Shown: one piece after another, positions 51,127 to 62,588 of the stretch
How positions within the stretch are numbered: position 1 is the first letter of the stretch
How the letters are laid out: the number at the start of each line of letters is the position of its first letter
Source of the DNA: Fibrobacteria bacterium
GTDB lineage: Bacteria; Fibrobacterota; Fibrobacteria; UBA11236; JADFYW01
Reading direction: 5' to 3'
Length of the DNA stretch: 64,000 bases
Assembly (NCBI GenBank): GCA_050294405.1
Contig: JBNKOC010000016.1
Coordinates: 64,001-128,000 of the forward strand
Made by a program: the position numbers and the translations under genes
The notes under the pieces: model-generated
Database searches by the model: none
Told to the model about the DNA's origin: nothing
Seen by the model: the letters and a program-made list of their open reading frames with translations, nothing else

Positions 51127-51321
51127 CTATGAGGCTAAAAGTTGTTTCATTCTGGGAGCATCTGCCTCTGAAACCAGGGCGGGACTTCCCAACTGACGTT
51201 TGGTTTTTGGGGATTGTTTAGCAAGAATGTGATTCAATCCTGCAGAACCCCGTTTGATTTTTCCGGTGGCGGTTTTTTTAAATCTTTTTTTTGCGCCACT
51301 GTGTGTTTTCATTTTTGGCAT
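51127..51321 (-). CDS. rpmI: 50S ribosomal protein L35
   Basis: [14 protein letters not shown]. Confidence 0.98.
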   Translation of the reverse strand: MPKMKTHSGAKKRFKKTATGKIKRGSAGLNHILAKQSPKTKRQLGSPALVSEADAPRMKQLLAS

Positions 51322-51343
51322 AATGCTACTCTTGTTTAGTTAT

Positions 51344-51958
51344 TTATTCCTCGTTTAAATCGTCATCGTTGTCCAAATCAGAATCGTCGCCGGAATCTGC
51401 TTCTTTTTTAACAGCTGCTTTGGCAATTCCCTTGGCAGGCACAAACATAGCAGATAAGTTGCGGCCTTCCTGCTTCATTGGAGATTCCAATTCTCCCACG
51501 CCTTCCAAGTCTTCTTCCATTTGCTTTAGCCAACGGCTGCCGTATTCCACGTGGGCCATTTCCCGTCCTCTAAATACAACACTGGCTTTTAGTTTAAAGC
51601 CCTTGGACAAAAAAACCTTTCCCTGTTCCATTCGATAACGGTAATCGTTAACATCGGTTTTCGGGTGAAACTTGATTTCTTTGACCTTAACAACATGCTG
51701 CTTTGCCTTTGCCGCCTTGGCTTTTTTAGCCTCGGTGTACTTGTATTTGCCGTAGTCCAAGATGCGGCAAACAGGTGGTCTGGCAGCGCCGGATACTTCC
51801 ACTAAATCTAATCCGACTTCCCGGGCTTTAGCGATTGCCTCGTGGGTGTTTAATATACCCAACTGACTGCCATCGGCGCCTATAACCCGAACTTCACTTG
51901 TATTGTATAGGATTCGTTCGTTTACACGAACTTTTGGACCCTTGTGTTTTTTAAGCAA
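51344..51958 (-). CDS. infC: Translation initiation factor IF-3
   Basis: RVNERI, LDLVEV...PPVCRILDYGK, FRGRE. Non-AUG (TTG) start. Confidence 0.97.
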   Translation of the reverse strand: MLKKHKGPKVRVNERILYNTSEVRVIGADGSQLGILNTHEAIAKAREVGLDLVEVSGAARPPVCRILDYGKYKYTEAKKAKAAKAKQHVVKVKEIKFHPKTDVNDYRYRMEQGKVFLSKGFKLKASVVFRGREMAHVEYGSRWLKQMEEDLEGVGELESPMKQEGRNLSAMFVPAKGIAKAAVKKEADSGDDSDLDNDDDLNEE

Positions 51959-52003
51959 ATTCCTCCTAAACTCTAAAATTTGACAATTTATTAATAAAAA
52001 TAT

Positions 52004-53932
52004 TTAAGCCAAAGGCGACGTGCCTTTGGTAAAAACCTCTAATTTAAGTTTTTCAGCGATTTCGTCTAGTGGTAGGCTTCCAATCTCTCCAACTTTTCGC
52101 TTTCTTATGGAAGCTTTTCCAGATTCTACCTCTTTTTCGCCAATAATTAGCAAATAGGGCACCTTGTCTTTCTCCCCATCTCGTATTTTTTTGCCAATTT
52201 TCTCATTTCTGGTGTCTACTTCACAGATTAAGCCGGCTTCTTTTATCTTCCTTTCGGCTTCGGTGCAATATTCCTGAAACTTTTCGGAAATGGGCAAAAT
52301 GCGAACCTGACTTGGGTTTAACCACAAGGGCAAGTCTCCCGCAAAATTTTCAATGAGTATTCCAATAAAGCGTTCCAGGCTACCCAATATGGCTCGGTGG
52401 AGCATTACCGGGTGAAGGCGTTCGCCTTTTTCATCCATGTATACGGCACCCAATCTTCCGGGAAGTTGAAAGTCCACCTGAATAGTTCCGCATTGCCAGG
52501 AACGTCCCAGACAATCTTTTAATACAAATTCAAGTTTAGGTCCATAAAAGGCACCTTCTCCAGGGTTCATTTCGTATTCCAACTGGGATATCTCGCAGGC
52601 CTCTCGAAGCGCTTCTTCAGCCTTGTCCCAGGTGGCATCGTCTCCCAGTCTTTTTTCGGGCCGGTCGGAAAACTTCACCAAAATATCTTCAAAGCCAAAA
52701 TCTTTATATACTTCTTTTAGCAGCCTGCAGAACTCAGAAACTTCACTGGTGATTTGATCCTGAGTACAAAAAATATGGGCGTCGTCTTGCACAAAACCCC
52801 TTACCCGCATTAACCCATGCATGGTTCCAGCCAATTCGTTGCGATGGCATTTGCCAAACTCCGCTAGTCGAATGGGTAAATCCCGAAAAGATTTGGTGCC
52901 GGATTTAAAAACTTCAATATGGCAGGGGCAATTCATGGGTTTGATGACGTAATTTTTTTCTTCGGATGTGGTTTGAAACATCATTTCCGAAAATTTATCC
53001 AGATGTCCGGATTTTTGGAAAAGGGTGTCGCCCACCACTTCGGGAGTTTTAATTAAGTCATAGCCATTTTCCTCAATTTTTTGGGAAACATAGCGTTCGA
53101 TGGTACGGTACAAGCGCCATCCTTTAGGGTGCCAAAATACCATACCCGGAGAATCTCCATCCAGGTGGAAATAATCCAGGGCCTTTCCCAAAACCCGGTG
53201 GTCTCTTTTTTTGGCTTCTTCCAAAAAGTTTAAATAATTCTTTAACGCCTTTTTATCGTTAAAGGCTGTAGCGTATATGCGCTGTAACATGGGCCGTGAA
53301 GAATCGCCCCGCCAATAAGAACCCGCTACATTCAACAACTTAAAGTGTTGCAGTTGAGAAGTTCTGTTCACATGGGGGCCCCGGCATAAATCGCTAAAAT
53401 CTCCCTGGTGGTAAAAGGACACTGTGGGAGTGGTGAATTCTTCGATGAGCTCCACTTTATATGGGTCGGGGTCTACATTTTTGTAATACTCTATAGCCTC
53501 TTCTTTTTTCATTTCCTGGCGGTTAATGGAAATATTGGCCCGGCTGAGTTCCAGCATTTTGTTTTCAATGGCTTCAAAATCTTCGGGAGTAAAAACATGC
53601 TCCGAGTCGAAATCGTAATAAAACCCGTTTTCAATGGTAGGGCCGATGGTGAGTTTGGTTCCGGGAAAAAGACTTTTAACAGCCATAGCCATAAGGTGGG
53701 CACTGGAGTGGCGGATTATTTCGAGGCCCTCATCAGTATCGCCTGTGATAATGGTAAAATCGCCAGATTCCGTGAGTACTGCTGTTAAGTCCAACTGGTT
53801 GTCGTTTAATCTAACGGCTAGGGCTGATTTTTTTAAAGAGGAGGGAAAATCCTCCAAAACTTCCAGGGCAGTGGTGCCACTGGGAACAGTTCTGACGCTT
53901 TCGTCGGGCAATTTTAATTTTATATCAGGCAT
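52004..53932 (-). CDS. thrS: Threonine-tRNA ligase
   Basis: RHSSAHL, DLCRGPH, KPMNCP, GLMRVRGF-x-QDDAH. Confidence 0.98.
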   Translation of the reverse strand: MPDIKLKLPDESVRTVPSGTTALEVLEDFPSSLKKSALAVRLNDNQLDLTAVLTESGDFTIITGDTDEGLEIIRHSSAHLMAMAVKSLFPGTKLTIGPTIENGFYYDFDSEHVFTPEDFEAIENKMLELSRANISINRQEMKKEEAIEYYKNVDPDPYKVELIEEFTTPTVSFYHQGDFSDLCRGPHVNRTSQLQHFKLLNVAGSYWRGDSSRPMLQRIYATAFNDKKALKNYLNFLEEAKKRDHRVLGKALDYFHLDGDSPGMVFWHPKGWRLYRTIERYVSQKIEENGYDLIKTPEVVGDTLFQKSGHLDKFSEMMFQTTSEEKNYVIKPMNCPCHIEVFKSGTKSFRDLPIRLAEFGKCHRNELAGTMHGLMRVRGFVQDDAHIFCTQDQITSEVSEFCRLLKEVYKDFGFEDILVKFSDRPEKRLGDDATWDKAEEALREACEISQLEYEMNPGEGAFYGPKLEFVLKDCLGRSWQCGTIQVDFQLPGRLGAVYMDEKGERLHPVMLHRAILGSLERFIGILIENFAGDLPLWLNPSQVRILPISEKFQEYCTEAERKIKEAGLICEVDTRNEKIGKKIRDGEKDKVPYLLIIGEKEVESGKASIRKRKVGEIGSLPLDEIAEKLKLEVFTKGTSPLA

Positions 53933-53965
53933 GGATTGTTTATTCCTTTAAAGAGCCCATTTAAA

Positions 53966-54039
53966 TGGACGATACTGGAATCGAACCAGTGACCCCCACC
54001 ATGTCAAGGTGATACTCTAACCAGCTGAGCTAATCGTCC
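53966..54039 (-). tRNA. tRNA-Val(GAC)
   Basis: GGACGAT acceptor stem, TAGCTCAGCTGG D-arm, anticodon loop TTGACAT, GGTTCGATTCC T-arm. CCA not encoded. Confidence 0.95.
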
Positions 54040-54181
54040 AATTTGGCCGTAATGTAACTTAAAAAAAAACCTTTTTCAATAAGGCCTCCAGGGCTGTTTT
54101 TATACCTTCCCCGGCTAAAGAGTTTATTTTGATATCCGTTCTATAAATTTTTGATTATTGTACTATTTTGGATAAATAAAC

Positions 54182-54889
54182 ATGGAAAAGTGGACCCGGA
54201 ATATTTTCGTTACAGGCACCGGAACGGATGTGGGCAAAACAGGTTTAAGCCTGGCGCTATTGTGCCATTTTCTAGAAGAAAATGTGTGCTATTACAAGCC
54301 TGTGCAGTGTGGGGGCGATGTAAAGGATATGCATAACCCTGCGGATTATTCCATAATGAATGCCTGGTTGCCCCAGTTAAAGGGAAAAATTTTTAACAGT
54401 TATCATTTTAAAAACCCGGTGTCTCCCCATTTGGCAGCAGAAATGGAGGGCGTTCAAATTCAAGGGGCAAAAATCAAGGAAGATTATTTACACCTGTGCG
54501 AAAAATTTTCTTTAGTAATAGTAGAAGGCGCTGGTGGAGCCTTTGTTCCTTACAACCGCAAAGGCGATAACTTAACCCAGTTGCTTTTAGACAGTTCTTT
54601 GCAGTTTGTGCTGGCCTGTTCTCCTCAATTGGGAACCCTAAACCACTCTCTTTTGAGTATTAGCTGGCTTAAAAGTTTAGGAGCCCAGCTTGGCGGTTTT
54701 GTGACTTGCCAATTGGAAGCTGAGCTTCCTGGAATTTTTAGGGATAACATAAAAACCATTGAGCAATTGGGAGAAATAAAATATTTGGGCCATGTTCCCT
54801 ATATTCCTGACTTAGCCCTTGGACATTCTATGGATGGGGAAAGCCAAAAAAAATTGGCCGCCGGCCTTTTGCTCGGAAGCTTAAAATAG
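54182..54889 (+). CDS. bioD: Dethiobiotin synthase
   Basis: VTGTGTDVGKT, KPVQ, SPHLAA, VEGAGG, LGTLNH. Confidence 0.95.
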   Translation: MEKWTRNIFVTGTGTDVGKTGLSLALLCHFLEENVCYYKPVQCGGDVKDMHNPADYSIMNAWLPQLKGKIFNSYHFKNPVSPHLAAEMEGVQIQGAKIKEDYLHLCEKFSLVIVEGAGGAFVPYNRKGDNLTQLLLDSSLQFVLACSPQLGTLNHSLLSISWLKSLGAQLGGFVTCQLEAELPGIFRDNIKTIEQLGEIKYLGHVPYIPDLALGHSMDGESQKKLAAGLLLGSLK

Positions 54890-54894
54890 CAGCT

Positions 54895-56034
54895 ATGTTC
54901 CTTGATAAAATTTCAGATAGGCTGAAATCCCTGGATGAAAAAAGCCGTTTGCGAAAGATTCCCAGCCTAGAAAACTCGGGAATTCCAAAACACAAAGTTG
55001 ATTTTAGGAGCAATGACTATTTAAGGTTATCCCGTCATAAAAAAGTGGTGGAAGCTTATTGTCTGGCGGCAAGTAAAAAAGGCAGTGGCAGCGGTGCAGC
55101 CAGATTGCTGGGAGGAGACTCCATATACCATCGCAATTTGGAAAGCAAGCTGGCGCAAATCCACCGAAGTGAAGCATGTTTGCTTTTTAATACGGGATAT
55201 ATGGCCAATTTGGCTTTGATGAGATGTTTAGGAGAGTTGTCTCAAAATATTTTCATGGACCGACTTGCCCATGCCTCTCTTATTGATGGAGCGTATTATC
55301 ATTTGAAAAAATTATCAAGATATTCCCATAACGACCTTGAAGATTTAGAAAGACTTTTAAAGCAAAGCTCTAATACAAAAAACGCTCTGGTGGTCACTGA
55401 AACTCTGCACAGTATGAATGGGGATTTTGTTGATTTGGAAAAACTGTTTCAGCTTCAAAAGATTTATGGTTTTATGTTAATACTGGATGAAGCCCATTCT
55501 TTTGGCGGTTATCCGGAAATATCAAAGCTTATTTCCAAATATCAAAACGAGAATTTAGTAGTGGTGGGCACTTTGGGAAAGGCTTTGGGCTCAAACGGAG
55601 CTTTTGTGTGCGCCAATCAAAAAATCATTTCATATTTAATAAATCACGCCAGACCCTTTATTTATTCCACAGCGCTTCCCCCCGGCTCTGCCGCTGCAGC
55701 TTTGGAATCTATTGCAATAATAGAAGAATCACCCTCCTTAATTAAAGGCTTTTCTGATTTGCGAAATCAGGCCATATCATTATTTTTAAAGCGGAAAATT
55801 ATTTTGAAAGAAGTCACAAGTCATATTGTTCCAGTAATATTGGGAAAAGACTCCAGAGCGACCGAAGCTTCTGATTTTTTATCTGCAAAGGGTTTTTTGT
55901 GTTTAGCTGTTCGCCCGCCTACCGTCCCTGAAAATAGCTCCAGGTTAAGAGTTAGCTTGCATTCAAAAATGACGATGCAAGAGCTAGAAGATTTTTCAGA
56001 ATGTATTGGCGATTTTATGGAAGGCCACCCATAA
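54895..56034 (+). CDS. bioF: 8-amino-7-oxononanoate synthase
   Basis: SNDYL, HASLIDG, DEAH, TLGKALG, VRPPTVP. Confidence 0.93.
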   Translation: MFLDKISDRLKSLDEKSRLRKIPSLENSGIPKHKVDFRSNDYLRLSRHKKVVEAYCLAASKKGSGSGAARLLGGDSIYHRNLESKLAQIHRSEACLLFNTGYMANLALMRCLGELSQNIFMDRLAHASLIDGAYYHLKKLSRYSHNDLEDLERLLKQSSNTKNALVVTETLHSMNGDFVDLEKLFQLQKIYGFMLILDEAHSFGGYPEISKLISKYQNENLVVVGTLGKALGSNGAFVCANQKIISYLINHARPFIYSTALPPGSAAAALESIAIIEESPSLIKGFSDLRNQAISLFLKRKIILKEVTSHIVPVILGKDSRATEASDFLSAKGFLCLAVRPPTVPENSSRLRVSLHSKMTMQELEDFSECIGDFMEGHP

Positions 56035-56036
56035 TC

Positions 56037-56723
56037 ATGTATAGTAATCAAATGCCGGAAGATATTGTTTGGATTGGAGGCTGGGCAAGCCCTCTGGATA
56101 GTTGGGCCATACTGTTCGATAAAATAAGCCCTAAATCAAAACATCATTTTTGGAATGGTATGGAGTTGGAACAGGTCAATGAAAATTTAAAAAGTTGGAA
56201 TAAAGCGGGGAGTACTGTGGTAGGTTGGTCGCTGGGTTCGCTTCTTATGCATAACTTTTTAATCCAACATGGGCCAGCGCCTGATGTCCAATACATTAGT
56301 TTGAATCCCATATTCAATTTTTGCCGCCGACCTATGGGTTGGCCTGAAAAAATTGTTATTCGTATGGAAGAGAAACTTTTGGTACGCCGGGAAGAGGTGA
56401 TTCGGGATTTTTTAAAGTCCATGATGAAGGATGTTAAAATTTCCAAAAGCCTGGAAATGGAGTGGCTGGATAAAACGACTCACTTTAATGCAGAACAATT
56501 AAAACGCTCTTTGGCATATTTGAGGAAATTTTGGGTGGAGTGGATTCATGTTCAGCGCGCCTGTCCGAGTTTAAAAATTGGGTATTGCGAAAGCGATAGT
56601 GTCTCTCCAAAGCTTTTGCCAGAAATTATTAAAGCTTTTCCCAATCATTATAAACTCAGCAGCCACTTGCCGTTTTTTAGTGATTCAAATACCATAATGG
56701 AAATGTTATCAAAAGCAACATGA
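56037..56723 (+). CDS. bioH: BioH-like alpha/beta hydrolase (pimeloyl-ACP methyl ester esterase)
   Basis: GGW, GWSLG nucleophile, D(SDSV) and H(SHLPF); lies between bioF and bioC. Confidence 0.7.
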   Translation: MYSNQMPEDIVWIGGWASPLDSWAILFDKISPKSKHHFWNGMELEQVNENLKSWNKAGSTVVGWSLGSLLMHNFLIQHGPAPDVQYISLNPIFNFCRRPMGWPEKIVIRMEEKLLVRREEVIRDFLKSMMKDVKISKSLEMEWLDKTTHFNAEQLKRSLAYLRKFWVEWIHVQRACPSLKIGYCESDSVSPKLLPEIIKAFPNHYKLSSHLPFFSDSNTIMEMLSKAT

Positions 56724-57514
56724 ATACTTTAATGGAAATGAATTACCGGCAAAAAAAGTTTCACAAAGCGGCCACAAGCTATCATATGGCTTCGGGCCTG
56801 CAAAAACAAATGGCCCAGAGCCTGGTGGAGTATTTGCCTTCGGAGTTTTATCCTAAATTTGTATTGGAATTGGGGTGCGGAACCGGGCACTTAACATCGG
56901 CTCTCATTAAAAAATTTCCGGAATCCCAATTTGAAATTTCCGATATTTCCACTGCCATGATAGGAGAATGTCAAAACCATTTGCCCGTTTTTGGTTTGAA
57001 GGGCTCCATTAATTGGAGGGTTTTGGATGCAGAGGGGCCATTTCCCCCCATGCAAGCGGATTTGGTTTGCAGCAACGCCCTGCTACAGTGGGTGGAAAAC
57101 TTAGATGCCCATTTTTCAAACTGCCATAAAGTTTTAAATAGCAATGGATATCTGCTTATGTCGGCTTTTTCTCCGGGCAATTTTCCGGAATTGCAAAATG
57201 TTCTTAAGATTACGAATTTACCCGTTAGCTTAAACAACCCCGGGACCACTTCTAAACAAATTCAGGAAGCCTTAGATGCCAATGGATTCAGAATGCTGGC
57301 TTTTAGGGAAAAAAACTTTCCTAAATATTACAGAAGCCCAATGGACTTTTTAAAGTCTCTCAAAAATATTGGTGCCAATGGAAATTTTGGTCCTGTTTTA
57401 ACTCCATCTCAGCTCAACTCAATTTTAGATTGCTACCAAAAGCACTATAGTTTTGGAGAAGGAGTTATGGCCAGTTGGAAGCCTTGGTTTTGTTTGGCTC
57501 AGAAATTGGATTAA
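56720..57514 (+). CDS. bioC: Malonyl-ACP O-methyltransferase
   Basis: FHKAA-x-SY, LELGCGTG, SNALLQW, LK-x-IGAN. Confidence 0.88.
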   Translation: MNTLMEMNYRQKKFHKAATSYHMASGLQKQMAQSLVEYLPSEFYPKFVLELGCGTGHLTSALIKKFPESQFEISDISTAMIGECQNHLPVFGLKGSINWRVLDAEGPFPPMQADLVCSNALLQWVENLDAHFSNCHKVLNSNGYLLMSAFSPGNFPELQNVLKITNLPVSLNNPGTTSKQIQEALDANGFRMLAFREKNFPKYYRSPMDFLKSLKNIGANGNFGPVLTPSQLNSILDCYQKHYSFGEGVMASWKPWFCLAQKLD

Positions 57515-57640
57515 TTTAGTTTTTTTAGCTTTTTGGTACTTTCTCTGTATAAAACCCTGTAAAGCTATATTTTTCAATAAGTTGTTGCGATAGTCTTAAA
57601 ATTAAATTTAATTAATCTCCATAACATCCTGGAGATTATA

Positions 57641-60600
57641 ATGAAGTCTTTTAAAGTTTTTGGTTTGCTTGGTCTTTTGATGCTTCAGAATGGGCAAGGA
57701 GCCGCTAGTTCCTACCAAAATGGGCTGGATTACTTGGCTGCAGGAGACAGTTTAAAAGCCCTATTGGAGCTTCAAAATTGCTTGAACGGACCAGACTGTG
57801 CGGATAGCTCCTATTATTGGCTCGCCATTTTGCATCGGGATGTGGAAGGGAACCAAAAAGCCTACTTTAATAGTCTTGAGCAGTTTGCCAATTCCGGAGA
57901 GGCAACCAGTCCTTTGCTCTGGGAATTAGCCCTTTATTTTGAAGGGGGCAATTTTCGCAAAGCGGAGAGTTATCTCAAGAAATTTCTCCATAACCCTGAA
58001 TATTCTGAAAAAGCGCTAAGCGCACTTATTCGATTTTACAAAAAAAATGCTATGACGGATTCCCTTAGCTTTTATCGAGATTTAGAATCAAAAAATAAAG
58101 CCATTAGTTACAGTTGGCAAAAAGAAGAAACGCTTCTGAAAAAAGCCATAAAAAATTTGGATCTGGAGCAAATGGAAAAAATAAGCCGGAATTTGTTAAA
58201 AGAACATCCAGCAAACAAAATTGCCCGTCATGCTCTTTCCATAGTGCTATTCGAAAGAGGGGAATGGGAAGCCTCTTATATGCATGGCCTAAAAAGCGAT
58301 GGAGTTTTGTCGGAAAACTATTCTCAGTACAGGCCTCGACTGTATGCTCTGTTTTTTAACGGCTTTTGGGAAACTCTTTCAAAAGAGGGAGAGGCTTTTC
58401 TTGAGGAAATGAAGGGTTACCCCAAAGAAAGGAATTTATATGCCCAGGCTTTAGTTCGTGCTAATATGGAAAACAAAGCCGTTCCCATTTTTACCAGCCT
58501 AATTAAATATCCTGGCTGGAAGTTTTCCGATGCTTATTCTGTGGCCGCTCTTTTGTTTAAGCATCAAAAATTTGAAGAAGCCAAGGGACTATACTTATCT
58601 GTTAAGGCGGAGGAATTGGATAAGGTTTCAAAAGAAGAGCTGTTTTACAATCTGGCCCGAATATATGAAAAGGAGGATTCCCTGATATTGGCTTCCAATC
58701 AAATGGAAAAAATATTGCCAAATTCTCTGAATGTGGAACACCATCAGTTTTATGCGGATGTTTGCCATAGGGCAGGGCTGATTTCTAAAGCCAAAGAATC
58801 TTTGGAATTTTTGCTGGCAATGGGATTGAGTTCAAAAAAAGTATTGGATGAATTGCATGTATTATATCGCAAGCAAGGAGACCGGGAAAACCTGACGCGA
58901 ATTTTACAGGAAAAGACCAGTCGTTATCCTTTGAATCATTCTGCTAAATTAGAGTTAGCCCAAAACTTTTTAACCTTGGGTAAATGGGAAGAAGCGAAAA
59001 ATTATTTTAAAGATGTATATGAAGCCAAAAATTCGCCGGAAGCCGGCCTTGAATATGCTTATCTTTTGTATCGGGATGGAGAATATGAAAAAGCTCTGGA
59101 AATTGCCGAATCGGTTTATAAGAACAGCAATGAAAACAGCAGGGTTATAAATCTTATTTTATCGCTTCCCGATGAAGCGTTAAGTATACAAACTAAAAAA
59201 TATTATACCCAGGCAAAGTTACGCTCTGAGCCCAACAATCTTTTTTTGCGAAAGCGATATGTGCTTCTGTTGGAAAAACTAGACCTGACAAATACGGAAG
59301 AATATTTATTGGAACTTAAGCGAATTTTCCGTCAGGCTCCTTCAGATACATATGTATTACGGAAAATTGTGGATGAACTCCGCGCCAGAAACCTTACAAA
59401 GGAATTATCCGTTTATTTAGAGACCTTGGCGGTATTGGATGATGAATACCGCAATTTAACAGAGCTTTCTGAATTTTATTTTCACAAACAGGATTGGGAC
59501 AGGTTCATAGAAGTAGGGAAGAGGGCGTATGCTAAAGACCCCAACCAAAAACTAGCCCGGCAATTTGCCCATGGCTTGGTGCAAAGTGGCCACCTGGCAA
59601 AAGCGGTTGAATTTTTGGGAACACATTTAAGCGCATTCCCCGTAGATTATACATCTCATTTGATGTTGGCGGAATTGTTGGAGGAAAAGGATTTGGCCTT
59701 ATCCCTGCACCATGCTAAAACAGCTTACAACCTATATCCCGATAAGCATTCCTCCTATGTATATTCCAAAATCAAATTAAAAAATGGCTGGGTAGCGGAT
59801 GAGGGTAACAATAGCTTGCCTTATGCAGGTTATGAATATTTTCCAGACTCTATTGAGATGTTACGTGGGTTGGAAAAATTTAACCAAAAAAATTATTCAG
59901 AAGCCCTTTCTCACTTTAGCAAATCCGGTGAAAAATTTCCCGAGGAAGCCCGGCAATTCGGTTGGAAATCCCAATACGCCCTCAAGGATTGGGAGAATAT
60001 GTTTCAAAAATGTTTTGATGACAATGAGCTTATTAAATTTCCGGAATTGATAAATTATTGCGGAGAGGCGTCTTGGCAATTGGGACGGGTTGAACAATTG
60101 GACAGGCTGGCGGAAAAAAAATACCCCACAGAAACAGCCACTTTAAAAATTTTTGAGGGTCTTGCCGCCTTTGCCAAAGGCAGGTATTCCAAGGCAGAGG
60201 CTCTGTTAGCTAATGCCAACTCCGCCTCTCCCATGTACCCGGAAATTGCATGGGCTTATGGCAAAAGCCTTTTCCATACAGACAAACATTGGAAGGCGGA
60301 TAGTTATTGGAAAGAGGTGGGAAATAGCATTCCCGTAAGAGATTCCCTCTATTTGATTTGGGGGATAAGCAATTTAAAAACAGGAAAATTCGAGGAGGCC
60401 ACTCAGATTTTTGAAACTGGAATTAAAAAATACCCTCGCAAACTTCCAATTCTAGAACAACTGGCTTATGTTTATGAGAAAACAGGGAAAAACAAAAAAG
60501 CTTTAATTCAAAGACAAAATATTTTCCGCTATTTTCCCTTGAATGAATCTAATAACATTGAGTTGGGTAAATTATGGTTGAAATTAAATGAACCAACCAA

Positions 60601-60847
60601 AGCGCTGCAATTCTTATCTCCACTGGATTTAAACCAAAACACAGAAGGCTTACTGGTTAAGGGCCGCAGCCATTTGCAAATGGGAAACGCGGATGAAGCC
60701 ATTAGCTGTGCTCAGCAAATTCTAAAATTGGATAAGAATTTTAAGGGGGCTTATTGGCTATTGTCCCAAGCCAATAAACAAAGCGGAAATCTGGAAGCCA
60801 GCCAAGAGTATTTTAGCAAATACTCCCAGCTTGCCGGAAAAGACTAG
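57641..60847 (+). CDS. Large exported tetratricopeptide-repeat protein
   Basis: Signal peptide, GGAG RBS, repeated TPR-like helical pairs over 1068 aa. Confidence 0.8.
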   Translation: MKSFKVFGLLGLLMLQNGQGAASSYQNGLDYLAAGDSLKALLELQNCLNGPDCADSSYYWLAILHRDVEGNQKAYFNSLEQFANSGEATSPLLWELALYFEGGNFRKAESYLKKFLHNPEYSEKALSALIRFYKKNAMTDSLSFYRDLESKNKAISYSWQKEETLLKKAIKNLDLEQMEKISRNLLKEHPANKIARHALSIVLFERGEWEASYMHGLKSDGVLSENYSQYRPRLYALFFNGFWETLSKEGEAFLEEMKGYPKERNLYAQALVRANMENKAVPIFTSLIKYPGWKFSDAYSVAALLFKHQKFEEAKGLYLSVKAEELDKVSKEELFYNLARIYEKEDSLILASNQMEKILPNSLNVEHHQFYADVCHRAGLISKAKESLEFLLAMGLSSKKVLDELHVLYRKQGDRENLTRILQEKTSRYPLNHSAKLELAQNFLTLGKWEEAKNYFKDVYEAKNSPEAGLEYAYLLYRDGEYEKALEIAESVYKNSNENSRVINLILSLPDEALSIQTKKYYTQAKLRSEPNNLFLRKRYVLLLEKLDLTNTEEYLLELKRIFRQAPSDTYVLRKIVDELRARNLTKELSVYLETLAVLDDEYRNLTELSEFYFHKQDWDRFIEVGKRAYAKDPNQKLARQFAHGLVQSGHLAKAVEFLGTHLSAFPVDYTSHLMLAELLEEKDLALSLHHAKTAYNLYPDKHSSYVYSKIKLKNGWVADEGNNSLPYAGYEYFPDSIEMLRGLEKFNQKNYSEALSHFSKSGEKFPEEARQFGWKSQYALKDWENMFQKCFDDNELIKFPELINYCGEASWQLGRVEQLDRLAEKKYPTETATLKIFEGLAAFAKGRYSKAEALLANANSASPMYPEIAWAYGKSLFHTDKHWKADSYWKEVGNSIPVRDSLYLIWGISNLKTGKFEEATQIFETGIKKYPRKLPILEQLAYVYEKTGKNKKALIQRQNIFRYFPLNESNNIELGKLWLKLNEPTKALQFLSPLDLNQNTEGLLVKGRSHLQMGNADEAISCAQQILKLDKNFKGAYWLLSQANKQSGNLEASQEYFSKYSQLAGKD

Positions 60848-61788
60848 CCTTCCAGAGAGGGCAATATTTTCTCAAAGTATTCGATAGTTTTTTTGAGCCC
60901 CTCTTCAAGCTGGGTTTTGGGCTCCCAACCTGTTATGGATTTTATTTTTGAAATATCAGGTTGACGCTGTTTAGGGTCGTCGCTGGGCAGGGCCAAAGAT
61001 ATGATTTTACTTTTGCTGTTGGTAAGCTCAATAACCTTCTCGGCTAATTGCCTAATGGTAAATTCGTTGGGGTTACCGATGTTTACAGGGCCGGTTTCAG
61101 AGGGGTTATTCATAAAGCCCACAATTCCTTCAAGAAGGTCTTCGTAATAACAAAAACTGCGGGTTTGGTTGCCGTCTCCGTAAACTGTAATGTCTTCACC
61201 CTTTAGAGCCTGAATTATAAAATTTGAAACCACTCTTCCGTCGGCGTGGTGGAGTCTGGGGCCATAAGTATTAAAGATTCTCACAACCCGAATATCCACC
61301 TGATTTTTTCGATTGTAGTCAAAACAAAGTGTTTCGGCCAGGCGTTTGCCCTCATCATAACAAGAGCGAATGCCAATAGGGTTAACATGGCCCCAGTAGT
61401 CCTCAGTTTGGGGGTGCACATTGGGATCTCCATAGACCTCGCTGGTGGAGGCTTGTAGCAGCTTGGCGTGTGTGCGTTTGGCAAGGCCCAACATGTTAAT
61501 AGTTCCCATTACATTGGTTTTTACGGTTTTCACCGGATTGTATTGGTAATGAATAGGGGAGGCCGGGCAGGCCATATTATAAACTTCATCCACTTCTACC
61601 AGAATGGGTTCGGTCACATCGTGGCGGATGAGTTCGAATTTGGGATTGTCTAAAAGGTGCACAATATTGTTTTTGGAACCCGTAAAAAAGTTATCGAGAC
61701 AAATAACCTCATGCCCTTCTTTTAAAAGCTTATCGCATAAATGAGAGCCTAGAAATCCAGCGCCTCCGGTTACCAAAATTTTTTTCAT
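60844..61788 (-). CDS. UDP-glucuronate decarboxylase (UDP-xylose synthase)
   Basis: [40 protein letters not shown]. Confidence 0.95.
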   Translation of the reverse strand: MKKILVTGGAGFLGSHLCDKLLKEGHEVICLDNFFTGSKNNIVHLLDNPKFELIRHDVTEPILVEVDEVYNMACPASPIHYQYNPVKTVKTNVMGTINMLGLAKRTHAKLLQASTSEVYGDPNVHPQTEDYWGHVNPIGIRSCYDEGKRLAETLCFDYNRKNQVDIRVVRIFNTYGPRLHHADGRVVSNFIIQALKGEDITVYGDGNQTRSFCYYEDLLEGIVGFMNNPSETGPVNIGNPNEFTIRQLAEKVIELTNSKSKIISLALPSDDPKQRQPDISKIKSITGWEPKTQLEEGLKKTIEYFEKILPSLEG

Positions 61789-61805
61789 TTATAAAATCCC
61801 TATTT

Positions 61806-62570
61806 TTAAGAGTTTAAAGAAATAAAATGGTTTAACCCTATTAAGGTTAAATCGGGAATCACTTTGTGAATGGGGCCGCCTTCGTACTTAAATAAGTTGG
61901 CCAAACCTCCCGTAGCGATTATTTGCGCTCTATCCATTTTTTGTTCTTTTAATATTTTTTCAACTATAAATTTTATCTGTCCCAAAGAACCGAAAAGAAT
62001 TCCATTTCTTAAGGCATCGTCTGTATTTTTTCCCACAACAGTGGTATTCCAATAAAGTTCCACATCGGCAAGGCGGCTTGCCTTATGGGTGAGGCTCATA
62101 AGCGATGTTTGAATTCCGGGACATATAACTCCGCCCCAGTAAGTGTTTTGGCTAAATACATCAAAAGTAGTTGCTGTTCCAAAATCAACAATTACAGCTT
62201 CGTTCAATTTTAAGGCCTGGGCAGCTAAAACATTACAAAGCCGGTCGGCCCCAATTTGCTCAGGATAATCATAAGCAATATTAAAGGTCTTCACTGTTTT
62301 GTTGTTTACCACATAGGGTTTTTGATGGGTTACTTTTTCCAGAGCATTGTTCCAGGGGTAATTAATAGAGGGAACAACTGAGCCAAGGGCCACGGCTTTA
62401 AATTGGGGCATTTGTCGCAGGTCTTGACGAAAAAGGCCAGTTAAATGAAGGATGATTTCATCGGTGGTGGCGTTTTTGATGGTATTGATGCGCCATCGGT
62501 GTACCAACTCTCCGTTTTTAAATACCCCCATAACAATATTGGTATTTCCTATGTCTACAACCAGATGCAT
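61806..62570 (-). CDS. coaX: Type III pantothenate kinase
   Basis: DIGNT, GADR, DFGTATT, ATGG. Confidence 0.95.
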   Translation of the reverse strand: MHLVVDIGNTNIVMGVFKNGELVHRWRINTIKNATTDEIILHLTGLFRQDLRQMPQFKAVALGSVVPSINYPWNNALEKVTHQKPYVVNNKTVKTFNIAYDYPEQIGADRLCNVLAAQALKLNEAVIVDFGTATTFDVFSQNTYWGGVICPGIQTSLMSLTHKASRLADVELYWNTTVVGKNTDDALRNGILFGSLGQIKFIVEKILKEQKMDRAQIIATGGLANLFKYEGGPIHKVIPDLTLIGLNHFISLNS

Positions 62571-62588
62571 AATTTTCTTTATATGTTG

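Noticed and set aside
53966..54039. tRNA-Val as an integration site
   Set aside because: No integrase nearby, and no duplicate of the tRNA 3' end was noticed in the window.
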